A DNA stretch of 32,000 nucleotides from Candidatus Borrarchaeum weybense (GCA_019057385.1 JAHQJS010000004.1:776585-808584); one strand, 5' to 3'; numbered from the stretch's first letter, positions 7,963-16,880 are shown. Made by a program: numbers and translations. Notes: a model not told the origin generated them from the sequence alone.

Positions 7963-9288
7963 ATGTCTTTAGATCTCAAATCAATATCAAATACACCTTT
8001 TTCTATCCCTGACTATCACCAGAATATTTCTATGGTAGTCCCTTCAGCTTTTAAATGTTTAGATCAAGATCTTGGAAGGCGTTCACTTTTTGATCTACCA
8101 CAGACAAAACGGGTTTTGGAAGCTAACGAATGTATGGATGCTGAAACTGCTGTCGTCATTTTAGTGGATACTTTAGGTTTTACAAAACTACAAGAGATGT
8201 CAAATTGGCTTTTTCCTATTATTAAAAGTCATGGATTTCAATTATCTTCAACGTGTCCCACGATAACATCCACATGTTTAATGAGTGCTCATACTGGGCT
8301 AACTCCCTGCGAACATGGAATCGTTGGACACAAGATATACATTCCTGAGTACGATAACATAATAGATTTCCTTAAGATGAGTCCGATTGACTTTAAAACG
8401 CGAGATAGCTTAATGAGCAGCGGAATTAACTTTCGAAAACTCGCTTGGAATCCTTCGCTTTATGATTTAATGAATCGTGATTTGGTTGCACATGTAGGTT
8501 TAATCCACCACAGAATTCTCGGCACAGGACTATCTAACTTGCTTGTAGATCCCAAAATACGGACTGACATTGGCTATGCAAACATGATAGACTTATTCGC
8601 AAAAGCAAAGAAGATAATAAAGAATAAGACTAATAAGAAGATTCAGCAGCCAAAAATGCTCCTTAACATTTATATTGGATATTTGGATGAACTCTCTCAT
8701 CTATACGGACCGAATAGTCAAGAATATCTTGCAGGTTTTCATTATTTTGAAATTAGACTTCGTGAATTTATTAATACTTTAGAAAAAAATGGCTTGGGTG
8801 AAAAGACTACTCTTTTTCTTTTTTCTGATCATGGTCAAGTTCCGATAGATAAAATACTTGCTTTTACGAAGGATGACATCGAACAGTTAGGCAAATATCT
8901 TTCTTTTAGACCTGGAAGGAGTGGACGTGCAATCCATTTTTACATAAAATCAGAGTTTTTAGACGAGGCTAAAAACTTCCTTTCTAACTTCATTGGAGAT
9001 AAAGGCGTTGTATATAATTTCTCAGATGTGGTAGACTTTCTAGGATGTCTCCCGTCTAATAATCACAACATAAAAAGATTACAAGAACGATTTGGGGATC
9101 TAATAGTCTTCTTAAAAACTGGCTATCATCTAGACCTTCCAAAACCAACTAAAGAGAAAAAAATGGATTGGATTGATAGACTAATGAGTCCCACAGTCAA
9201 GTTCGGTTCACACGGATCTCTAACGCTTGATGAATTAATTGTGCCTTGTCTAGCATCAAATGTATCTAAGATCGCCCAACAAATTTGA
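7963..9288 (+). CDS. Alkaline-phosphatase superfamily protein, nucleotide pyrophosphatase/phosphodiesterase-like
   Basis: Motifs in AP-superfamily order: ILVDTLGF (metal Asp), CPTITSTCLMSAHTG (PTxT nucleophile motif plus HTG), DELSHLYGP (DxxxH), FSDHGQ and GSHGS. Confidence 0.75.
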   Translation: MSLDLKSISNTPFSIPDYHQNISMVVPSAFKCLDQDLGRRSLFDLPQTKRVLEANECMDAETAVVILVDTLGFTKLQEMSNWLFPIIKSHGFQLSSTCPTITSTCLMSAHTGLTPCEHGIVGHKIYIPEYDNIIDFLKMSPIDFKTRDSLMSSGINFRKLAWNPSLYDLMNRDLVAHVGLIHHRILGTGLSNLLVDPKIRTDIGYANMIDLFAKAKKIIKNKTNKKIQQPKMLLNIYIGYLDELSHLYGPNSQEYLAGFHYFEIRLREFINTLEKNGLGEKTTLFLFSDHGQVPIDKILAFTKDDIEQLGKYLSFRPGRSGRAIHFYIKSEFLDEAKNFLSNFIGDKGVVYNFSDVVDFLGCLPSNNHNIKRLQERFGDLIVFLKTGYHLDLPKPTKEKKMDWIDRLMSPTVKFGSHGSLTLDELIVPCLASNVSKIAQQI

Positions 9289-9293
9289 AAATA

Positions 9294-10085
9294 CTATCTT
9301 TCTTTTGCCAAGATGGATTTTGCAACGTCAGCCATCTTAGAAAACATAGCTCCAGCAGCTTTCATATACTCGATAAGACGCTCCAACAATCGAATTCGGT
9401 AAGCGTGACCACTACATGCGGGGTGGAGTGTAAGGTTAAAAACTCGGTAACCCTCTGGGATGTCTTCCATTTCTATTAGGGCATCAAACTGAGCTTTCCA
9501 TATTTCAAAAACTGATGAAGGTGATGTTTGTTTCATTTCGAACAAAGGCCAGTCATCGAGAAACCATTCTACAGGGAATTCAACTAACTTTCCGGCAATG
9601 TCTGAAAACTGCAAAACATAAGGTCGATCATCTGCCATCAGACTCGAATCATAAATATAGCCCATTTCCGTGATCAACTGAAGTGTATTATGAGCCAGTC
9701 TCCAGTATGGGGCTCTAAATCCTTTTACTGAACCTGAACCTCCAATTTTTTCCAGAGCCTTGTGAGTCTTTTGAAGTGCATCTTTTTGCTCATAGACTGA
9801 GAGGGTATCAAAATTCTCATGTAGATAGCCATGTGCCGCAATTTCGTGATCGTGTGAAACGATTTCGCTCATAGTTTCTGGATATTGTTCTGCTGTCCAT
9901 CCGCAGGTAAAAAAGGTCGCTTGAATCTCATGTTTTTCTAGGAGGGCAAGAATTCGGGATAAGCCTCTTTTGACGGCAAATTGCCCTTTCGAAACCCTAA
10001 CAGCTTCTTCAAGCGCTCGGATTTGGACACTTTCCGCATCATAGTCAAAAGTCAAACATACAATAATATCTGTCATGTTGATCAC
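9294..10085 (-). CDS. Polysaccharide deacetylase (CE4 / NodB-homology domain)
   Basis: LTFDYDAES (motif 1), AAHGYLHE (HxxxxH, motif 2) and FRAPYW (RxPY, motif 3). Confidence 0.8.
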   Translation of the reverse strand: MINMTDIIVCLTFDYDAESVQIRALEEAVRVSKGQFAVKRGLSRILALLEKHEIQATFFTCGWTAEQYPETMSEIVSHDHEIAAHGYLHENFDTLSVYEQKDALQKTHKALEKIGGSGSVKGFRAPYWRLAHNTLQLITEMGYIYDSSLMADDRPYVLQFSDIAGKLVEFPVEWFLDDWPLFEMKQTSPSSVFEIWKAQFDALIEMEDIPEGYRVFNLTLHPACSGHAYRIRLLERLIEYMKAAGAMFSKMADVAKSILAKER

Positions 10086-10130
10086 TTCCTAGCTAAAAAA
10101 AAGTTTATATGGTCCATTATTTTGAGACTA

Positions 10131-10664
10131 TTATTTTCGTTTGCGCTTTTTCTTCTTCCTTGTGCCAAATAATTCTATTACAGACACATATGCAAGTCCT
10201 ATTGCTCCAATACATATTCCTGCAGCCGCAATAATCAGAAATACAGGGTTTTCGGATGTTTCCCTCTCTGGAGATGTAATAATGGTAACACTAGATTGTC
10301 CGTAATGTGTATCTCCTCTGGCTTGGACTTCCGCTGTCAAACTCCACGTTCCTATTGCTAGTGAAGATGTGTTGAATGTCGTTTTGTAAATACCAGTTTG
10401 AAGTTTTGCAAACATCGAAGATGTTACTTCAAACTCTCTTGAGAGTTGACTCAAAGTTAATTTAATTCTAGCGTTTCCGACCGGATCTCCATTATCAAAG
10501 ACAGTTACATTGACCTCAAGCAAATCGCCTTTGACAACTTGATTTTGATAGGGGGTGACGGTGACTACAACGTCTGCATGAGTTTCTTTAGGGTATATAC
10601 TTAATGAGATCGTAAGCACAAACAAGATTGAAATTAAAATCATCAACTTCCTGTTTCGGTACAT
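10131..10664 (-). CDS. Secreted, C-terminally anchored surface protein (hypothetical, beta-rich)
   Basis: N-terminal signal-like helix, a beta-strand-like repeat region, and a C-terminal TM helix followed by KKKKRKRK. Confidence 0.55.
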   Translation of the reverse strand: MYRNRKLMILISILFVLTISLSIYPKETHADVVVTVTPYQNQVVKGDLLEVNVTVFDNGDPVGNARIKLTLSQLSREFEVTSSMFAKLQTGIYKTTFNTSSLAIGTWSLTAEVQARGDTHYGQSSVTIITSPERETSENPVFLIIAAAGICIGAIGLAYVSVIELFGTRKKKKRKRK

Positions 10665-10795
10665 TTAAATTGGACCCCCGTTTTTTAACGACGGATAAAT
10701 TTTGCTAATAAGACTTATAAAATCTGCTAAGTCTTTTTAAACTTATCATGTGAAGTGTATTTGCTTCATTTATAAGAAAAAAATACATTTGAGTT

Positions 10796-11365
10796 TTGAG
10801 GGAGGCGCTGGCCTTGAGTCAAACGATGAAACGTGTGAAAGAAGGAGTATTACAACTACTTGAAAATAGAAAATATAAAGTCGAATCGATCGAAGAGACC
10901 GAGTCAGAAATCGATATCCTTGCAAAAAAGAAAGAGGATAAAAAAGTCCTGAATTTTTTAGTACGCATTCCTAGCAAAAATGTTGTCGGTGTTGCATTAG
11001 TACGAGCATTAGATAAAGCAATGAAAAAACATGGTGTAGAGCAGGCGCTACTTGCAACTTTAGAAAGATATACGCCAGCCGCAAAAGCTGAATCAAAAAA
11101 GAAGAATATTGAATTACTTCCAACAAAGTATCCTATTTTTAATATTTTTGAACATGTTCTTGTTCCAAAACATGAATTATTATCTGAAAAGGAAGCTAAT
11201 GAAGTTTTAAAACACTATAATATTAGCAAACATCAACTTCCCGCAATTCAAGCCGCGGATCCCGCAGCAAAAGCTATAGGGGCAAAACCTGGACGAATAG
11301 TAAAAATATATCGAGAAAGCCCTACTGCTGGTTTACATATCGTCTATCGAGTCGTTGTAGAATAG
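10796..11365 (+). CDS. rpoH: RNA polymerase subunit H/Rpo5 with an N-terminal extension resembling the eukaryotic Rpb5 N-domain
   Basis: The C-terminal 78 aa (HVLVPKHELLSEKEANEVLKHYNISKHQLPAIQAADPAAKAIGAKPGRIVKIYRESPTAGLHIVYRVV) are canonical RpoH/Rpb5-C. The same ORF has about 110 aa upstream. The nearest in-frame canonical start (ATG, AMKKHG) lies about 45 codons upstream of the HVLVPKH motif, well inside the extension. Start is TTG 10796 or ATG 10826 (MKRVKEG). Confidence 0.85.
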   Translation: MREALALSQTMKRVKEGVLQLLENRKYKVESIEETESEIDILAKKKEDKKVLNFLVRIPSKNVVGVALVRALDKAMKKHGVEQALLATLERYTPAAKAESKKKNIELLPTKYPIFNIFEHVLVPKHELLSEKEANEVLKHYNISKHQLPAIQAADPAAKAIGAKPGRIVKIYRESPTAGLHIVYRVVVE

Positions 11366-11420
11366 TCTTTTTTACATTTCCGCGGATTATTGTTTTGTTG
11401 TTATTAGGAGGTGCGCATTA

Positions 11421-12359
11421 ATTCGCATTACGCTGTTAAGTGGAGGGACTGGTACTCCAAAATTACTGCAAGGTCTTGTAAGGCTTGTTTCTGAGGAAAA
11501 TTTGACTATAATTTGTAATACTGCAGATGATTACTATTTTTATGGTCTTTATGTCTGCCCGGACATTGATTCTGTCCTCTACTGCCTAAAAAGTTTTTTA
11601 GATGAAGAAAAATGGTGGGGAATAAAAGGTGACACTTTTAATTGCCTTGATATGTTAAAACTGTATGGTTATGATCCTTGGTTTCAATTAGGGGATCGCG
11701 ATCTCGCACTTCATATCCATAGGACGCGTTTATTGAAAGAAGGTCTTTCTTTATCTGAGATTATCAATGATGCCTGCATGCGCTTGAATATAAAGCCTCA
11801 TATAATTCCCATGACTGATCAGAAAGTCACAACAATGGTCTTTACTGACAAGGGTAAATTGAATTTTCAAGAGTTTTGGGTACGGGAACATGCAAATGTA
11901 AAGGTATTTTCGGTTGAATTTGAAGGAATTAAGAGAGCAGAACCAACCCAAGATGTAATTGATTCAATTATGGAAAGTGATGCCATAATTATCGGACCAA
12001 GTAATCCTGTTACCTCAATAGGACCTATTCTGGAAGTAAAAGGTATCAAAACAGCCTTAGAAAGGACACAAGGCATAAAAATCGCGATTTCTCCTATAAT
12101 CGGAGAAAAACCATTGAGCGGTCCTGCTGGTCAACTCATGGAAACTCAAAACCTTAGTGTTTCTCCGTACGCTATTGCAAAGATTTATTCTAACTTCTTA
12201 GACGTTCTAATTATACATAGTACTGATACAGGATTGGTTCCTCAAATTGAAGAACTTGGAATATCTGTATTTTCTACTAACATCATAATGAAGAGTCTTG
12301 ATGATAAAATCACTCTAGCTCAAGAAATCCTTCGTTTAATTGAGGAAAAAACATGTTAA
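11421..12359 (+). CDS. cofD: 2-phospho-L-lactate transferase CofD (F420 biosynthesis); 5' end placed at a non-canonical ATT
   Basis: The ORF track starts at TTG 11502. However, the in-frame sequence upstream, from 11421, encodes (I)RITLLSGGTGTPKLLQGLVRLVSEEN, which is the hallmark CofD N-terminal glycine-rich motif. A GGAGGT box at 11407..11412 lies 8 nt before ATT 11421. There is no ATG, GTG or TTG between the in-frame stop at 11358 and position 11502. Confidence 0.8.
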   Translation: MRITLLSGGTGTPKLLQGLVRLVSEENLTIICNTADDYYFYGLYVCPDIDSVLYCLKSFLDEEKWWGIKGDTFNCLDMLKLYGYDPWFQLGDRDLALHIHRTRLLKEGLSLSEIINDACMRLNIKPHIIPMTDQKVTTMVFTDKGKLNFQEFWVREHANVKVFSVEFEGIKRAEPTQDVIDSIMESDAIIIGPSNPVTSIGPILEVKGIKTALERTQGIKIAISPIIGEKPLSGPAGQLMETQNLSVSPYAIAKIYSNFLDVLIIHSTDTGLVPQIEELGISVFSTNIIMKSLDDKITLAQEILRLIEEKTC

Positions 12360-13126
12360 AATTGCAAAATCCTGCAATACTATCCGCAATGGCGGGTGTT
12401 ACTAATGGTGATTTTTGTGCACGAGTTGCGAAAGGTGGAGCTGGCATGATCACTCTTGGCGGATTTAATTTTGATAAGGCAACGCTTAGCGCAGCAAAAC
12501 TTATCACAACTAGAGAAAGGCCAGAATTTATTATAGATCTTGAGGAACTGCCAGAATATACTGAACGTCAAGTTTCTATTGCCCGTGAAGGAAAAACTCT
12601 CGTAAATATAAATATACGTGTTACCTCAAGAGATGGGTTACTTCTGGCAGCAAAAATATCACAGGATGCAGGTGCAGATGCTATTGAACTAAATGCACAT
12701 TGTAGACAACCGGAAATTATGGATCTAGGAACTGGACAGGCACTGCTAAAAAACTCCAAAAAATTGTGTCAGTGGATTACAATCCTCAAAAATAATGTGA
12801 ATATTCCCCTAATTGTTAAAATTCGGGCCAACATCGTCGATGAAGTGACTTTAGTGAAAAATATGGTTACAGCAGGTGCAGATGCTATTCATGTCGATGC
12901 AATGAAACCTGGATCTCCTTATGCTGATTTAGACGTTATAAAAAGGATATCCAACTCTATCGATACATATTTGATAGGTAATAATTCTGTAAAAGACATT
13001 AATTCAGCAATACAAATGCTGAACGCCGGTGCCGATGCATTTTCAATTGCTAGGGCTGCTATAAAAAATCCTGAAATAGTTGGAAAAATTGGGAAGGCTA
13101 CAATGAAACCTTACAATTATTTATAA
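12353..13126 (+). CDS. Dus-like (dihydrouridine-synthase-like) FMN-dependent TIM-barrel oxidoreductase
   Basis: LSAMAGVTNGDF matches the Dus (A)PMAGVTD motif. ELNAHCRQPE matches the DxNxGCP catalytic-Cys motif. The start overlaps the cofD stop (ATGTTAA, 7-nt overlap). Confidence 0.65.
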   Translation: MLKLQNPAILSAMAGVTNGDFCARVAKGGAGMITLGGFNFDKATLSAAKLITTRERPEFIIDLEELPEYTERQVSIAREGKTLVNINIRVTSRDGLLLAAKISQDAGADAIELNAHCRQPEIMDLGTGQALLKNSKKLCQWITILKNNVNIPLIVKIRANIVDEVTLVKNMVTAGADAIHVDAMKPGSPYADLDVIKRISNSIDTYLIGNNSVKDINSAIQMLNAGADAFSIARAAIKNPEIVGKIGKATMKPYNYL

Positions 13127-13161
13127 AATAGCGGAATAGTTGATGTAATTCCACGTTTTAT
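13106..13161. repeat. 56-bp repeat, copy A (relic of the TnpB-element 3' end)
   Basis: aaaccttacaattatttataaaatagcggaatagttgatgtaattccacgttttat matches 29531..29586 at 51/56 positions in the same orientation. It covers the last 6 codons and the stop of the Dus-like gene. Confidence 0.8.
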
Positions 13162-13300
13162 TGCTGAAGACTTTTTCTAAAATTTTTAGACTCATTTGCG
13201 TCTTAGAGTAATCAATTGTTGTGAACGAACTACTACAGATCAAAAATCATTTTCTCTGAATATAATGTCAGTTTTTGAGAGGGAAAAAGATAAAAAAACG

Positions 13301-13801
13301 TTACATTCTCTTCAAATATGCTGGTACATCAAGTACTTCTATGTAGAATTCACATTCAGGATCCCCTTTTCCATAGCACCTGATCTCGCGTACAAGACAT
13401 CGTCTGTCTTTTAATCGTTCAATGACACCTGAAATGAGTCCCGTTTCAAAGCTGCATGCCGGCTTTCCTAGGTTTGGAAGACCTGCAGATGATAGGGTCT
13501 CCAGCAATATCAGATTTCCGATCCCTTTATCTGAATCAAATGTAAATGATTTTGTTCTTGCAATACTTTTCTTTTCCATCCACTGCAAAAATTCTTCGAA
13601 TTCCTTAAATTTTGTTCTCCTACCCAACGCCTTGCCACCAGCATAAGCCAGTGTTTTTGACGCATCCTCTCCAACGACATCACGTAGGCTGAATAAACTT
13701 AATGCTCTAAATAGTCGAATATCTATTGTTGCGCCTAAATTAGGCCGGTCAACCCTGTCAAGTTCTGGCATTCTAACCTTTTCCAATATTCCCAACTCCA
13801 A
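13301..13801 (-). CDS. V4R (4-vinyl reductase) domain protein
   Basis: The C-terminal half, GKPACSFETGLISGVIERL...EIRCYGKGDPECEFYIEV, has the Cys/Glu/Gly pattern typical of V4R small-molecule-binding domains. Confidence 0.65.
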   Translation of the reverse strand: MELGILEKVRMPELDRVDRPNLGATIDIRLFRALSLFSLRDVVGEDASKTLAYAGGKALGRRTKFKEFEEFLQWMEKKSIARTKSFTFDSDKGIGNLILLETLSSAGLPNLGKPACSFETGLISGVIERLKDRRCLVREIRCYGKGDPECEFYIEVLDVPAYLKRM

Positions 13802-13868
13802 AAAGTGAGATAACCATTAGTCCTTATGTCATCTCACCTTTCGACCTAGAAAAATCTTTTGGAAGAAA

Positions 13869-14894
13869 TTAAAATATGGAAAGTAACTCTCTTATGAAGT
13901 CGTTAGTAGTATTTTTACCGCCAAGATCTGGAGTTCTAATGTTGGTTTCTTCATATATTTTTAAAATAGAGTTTTCTAGGTCTTTTGCTGCCTGTTTTGC
14001 ATCACTTATTGAATATTTTTCACCTAGCCAATCTAGCATCATCGAGCAACTTAACAATATTGCAGTAGGATTCGCTATACCTTTTCCTTCAATATCGAAA
14101 GCCGCACCATGGACTGGTTCAAACATAGCAATATCCTGTCCAAGGTTTGAAGAAGGAAGAATGCCCAAACTTCCAGTCACCCCTGCGGCTTCATCGCTTA
14201 GAATATCTCCAAACATGTTAGTAGTAACTAGGGTATCAAATTGTTGAGGATTGATCACTAGTTGGTATGCTGCGTTGTCTACATATATTTCGTTTATATC
14301 AATCTCACTATAATTCTTAGCAATTTCTAAGCAGACATTTCGAAAGAATACACAGCTTATCATCACATTAGCCTTATGAACAATAGTTAGTTTTTTTCGC
14401 CTTTCCTTTGCCATTTTACAAGCAACAGTCATGATACGTTCAGTTGCTTCCTTTGTGATCATTCGAACATTAATTGCGCATTCTTTTGATATATCGTCTA
14501 TTTTTTTATAGAGCCCCTCAGTATTTTCTCTAACAATTACCAAGTCAACTCCTGAATGAATACTCGGAATGCCAGGGATAGTTTTTGCGGGCCTGATGTT
14601 TGCGAAGAGGTTGAGTTCTTGTCTAAGGGGCAAAACTACATATCTAGCTGTTTCACCAATCGGCGCTTTTAGGCAACATGAACACTTTTTAATCTCATCT
14701 ATGGCATTACTGGGCAATGCATGACCAGTTTCCTTTAGAGCCCTGTCTCCTGCAAGTATCTCCTTAAACCGAAAGGAAAAACTATATTTATCTGATAATA
14801 TCTCAAGCACTTTGCTTGTAGCAGTAGTTATCTCAGGTCCAATTCCATCCCCTGAAATAACGGCGATTTCAAATGTCTTTGTCATACTCATCAC
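13869..14894 (-). CDS. Isocitrate/3-isopropylmalate dehydrogenase family protein
   Basis: ISGDGIGPEI, NLFANIRP, VIVRENTEGLY and NMFGDILSDEAAGVTGSLGILPSSNLG. Substrate cannot be assigned from the sequence alone. Confidence 0.85.
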   Translation of the reverse strand: MMSMTKTFEIAVISGDGIGPEITTATSKVLEILSDKYSFSFRFKEILAGDRALKETGHALPSNAIDEIKKCSCCLKAPIGETARYVVLPLRQELNLFANIRPAKTIPGIPSIHSGVDLVIVRENTEGLYKKIDDISKECAINVRMITKEATERIMTVACKMAKERRKKLTIVHKANVMISCVFFRNVCLEIAKNYSEIDINEIYVDNAAYQLVINPQQFDTLVTTNMFGDILSDEAAGVTGSLGILPSSNLGQDIAMFEPVHGAAFDIEGKGIANPTAILLSCSMMLDWLGEKYSISDAKQAAKDLENSILKIYEETNIRTPDLGGKNTTNDFIRELLSIF

Positions 14895-14987
14895 ATTAAA
14901 TGATGATAGCTTAAAAGTGGTAATGCAATCTTTATAAATGTATGTCTTTCATCGCTATTTAAATAAGATTAAAATTCATAATGGCAT

Positions 14988-15656
14988 TTGACGTCTATAA
15001 GCTGTGATCTATTGAACATATATGCGCTTATTCCATTGAAAAAATTGGAGAATTCAAAAACTCGCATAAGCAATTTATCTCTTGAATCTCGAAAAATGCT
15101 TACCAAAGCTATGCTAACTGATGTAGTTCAATCAACTTTAGAAGCAAAAAATATCACCGAAACTTTTGTGATGTCACCAGATCAGGAGATAGTTACGCTT
15201 GCAGAGAAATTAGGTGCTAACACAATCCTTGAGGGAAAACAGCAAGGATTAAATATTGCTGTTTCTGAGGGGACACACAAGTTAGAACAACAGGGCGCTG
15301 AGGGTGTGATTGTTATTCTTGGAGATTTACCTCTAATTACACCACGTCTTCTTGATCTTCTTATTAAAAAGGCAATAAGTCGTCCATGGGTGGTAATCGC
15401 GCCTTCAAAAGACAATGGTACCAATATTTTGCTAAGAACTCCTCCAGAAGTAATTCCACATGTTTATTATGGATCAAATAGCAGCGTAATACATACCAGA
15501 ATTGCTCGCTATTTTCATGTTTCTTATACCATATTTAATTCACCAAAATTGATGATTGATATTGATACTTCTCAAGATCTTGCCCTTATCAAAAAATATG
15601 AAACCGAAAAACGGACGCATACATTTCAACTACTAAACCAACTTAAGCTTTTATAG
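14988..15656 (+). CDS. cofC: 2-phospho-L-lactate (or PEP) guanylyltransferase CofC
   Basis: ALIPLKKLENSKTRIS (IPxK...SKTRL), VILGDLPLITP and SKDNGTNIL are CofC/FbiD-type motifs. The likely true start is the in-frame TTG at 15012 (MNIYALIPLK). Confidence 0.75.
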   Translation: MTSISCDLLNIYALIPLKKLENSKTRISNLSLESRKMLTKAMLTDVVQSTLEAKNITETFVMSPDQEIVTLAEKLGANTILEGKQQGLNIAVSEGTHKLEQQGAEGVIVILGDLPLITPRLLDLLIKKAISRPWVVIAPSKDNGTNILLRTPPEVIPHVYYGSNSSVIHTRIARYFHVSYTIFNSPKLMIDIDTSQDLALIKKYETEKRTHTFQLLNQLKLL

Positions 15657-15680
15657 AACTTCAATTTTTTAAAAGATACC

Positions 15681-16850
15681 TTGGTGTGTCTAACTATGAC
15701 TGCAGAAAGAATAAAACATTCTCAAGAATTACTTAAGGAAATGAATTACGATGGATGGGTCATTTTAACAAATCACGGACAGGATCTACATGCTCTTCTA
15801 TTGCTTGGGAAAAAAAATCCAGGAAGACTATCTGTCATTGTTACACCTAACGAAAATCCTCATATCATAGTATCGCAGATGGAAGCGCCAATTTTCGAGG
15901 ATATGATAGGCATAGAAGTATCTTCGTACAGTGATACAAAGCAATTAGTTGAACAGATAAAAAATGAATTTTCTCAGTTTTCAGATAATTCTAAGATCAT
16001 TCTTGACTATGTAGATGATCCATTGGGACGTGATGATACATTTGATCTTATGACTTATGGAGAAGTAACTAAATTAAAAACCATGTTTCCTGAAATTAAT
16101 TTTGAACCTGCAGCGCCATTTCTAAAAAAATTACGCACAAAAAAAACTGAAGCTGAAATAAAGGCTCACGAAATCGCATGCAAATATACAATGGAGATTT
16201 TAGAAGATGTTCCAAATTTTGTGAGTGTTGGTATGTCAGAACGAGATATACTTTCCGAAATAGATTGCCGATCAAAAAAAGTTGGAGAATCTGCATTTGA
16301 CACGATTGTAGGCATAGGTCCAGATGCAGCGAGTCCTCACCACGTTCCATCTTCCTTTGAAAAACTAGGAAATGATGAATTACTTTTAATTGACATGGGT
16401 ATTTTTATAACAGATCCTTCACCAGCTTCCTCAGACCAAACGTGGACCTTCTATACAGGTAGACCTACTGAACAAGCACTTAGAATGTATGAGGCTGTCT
16501 ATGAGGCAAAAGAACGCGCAATAAAAGCAGCAAAACCAGGAATTCCCGCATATACTCTTGATGAAATAACCCGGGCTACTATTGAGGAATTCGGCTTTGA
16601 TGAAAAAAAACTGTTTATTCATGCAACAGGGCATCCTCTCGGCATAGAAGTGCATGATGTTGGGCCAATTATTTCCAAAAAGTCACCACATTCTGAACAG
16701 CTACTAGAACCTAATATGGTACTCACTGTTGAGCCAGGACTTTATATTAAGGATCTTGGTGGAGTTCGATTGGAAGATGACATTGTAATAACAAAAACAG
16801 GGTGTAAACGGCTCTCATACACTCCTCCTGAACTCATTCAGATTAGATAA
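15681..16850 (+). CDS. M24-family metallopeptidase (Xaa-Pro aminopeptidase/dipeptidase-like)
   Basis: Pita-bread fold motifs are present: LLIDMG, HATGHPLGIEVHD, TVEPGLY and GGVRLEDDIVIT. The ATG at 15696 (MTAERIK) is the probable start. Confidence 0.85.
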   Translation: MVCLTMTAERIKHSQELLKEMNYDGWVILTNHGQDLHALLLLGKKNPGRLSVIVTPNENPHIIVSQMEAPIFEDMIGIEVSSYSDTKQLVEQIKNEFSQFSDNSKIILDYVDDPLGRDDTFDLMTYGEVTKLKTMFPEINFEPAAPFLKKLRTKKTEAEIKAHEIACKYTMEILEDVPNFVSVGMSERDILSEIDCRSKKVGESAFDTIVGIGPDAASPHHVPSSFEKLGNDELLLIDMGIFITDPSPASSDQTWTFYTGRPTEQALRMYEAVYEAKERAIKAAKPGIPAYTLDEITRATIEEFGFDEKKLFIHATGHPLGIEVHDVGPIISKKSPHSEQLLEPNMVLTVEPGLYIKDLGGVRLEDDIVITKTGCKRLSYTPPELIQIR

Positions 16851-16880
16851 TCCTCTCTTTTGAAGAGGAAAAAACTCCAA
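16851..16880. terminator. Hairpin plus A6/T6 tract between convergent genes
   Basis: tcctct-cttttga-agagga (16851..16869) is followed by aaaaaa. On the minus strand this gives a T6 tract directly after the stop of the small zinc-ribbon ORF. Confidence 0.4.

Noticed and set aside
13196-13414. 72-aa plus-strand ORF between the Dus-like and V4R genes
   Set aside because: It overlaps the V4R gene's 3' end in antisense, and its first half is AT-rich intergenic sequence. No supporting signals.
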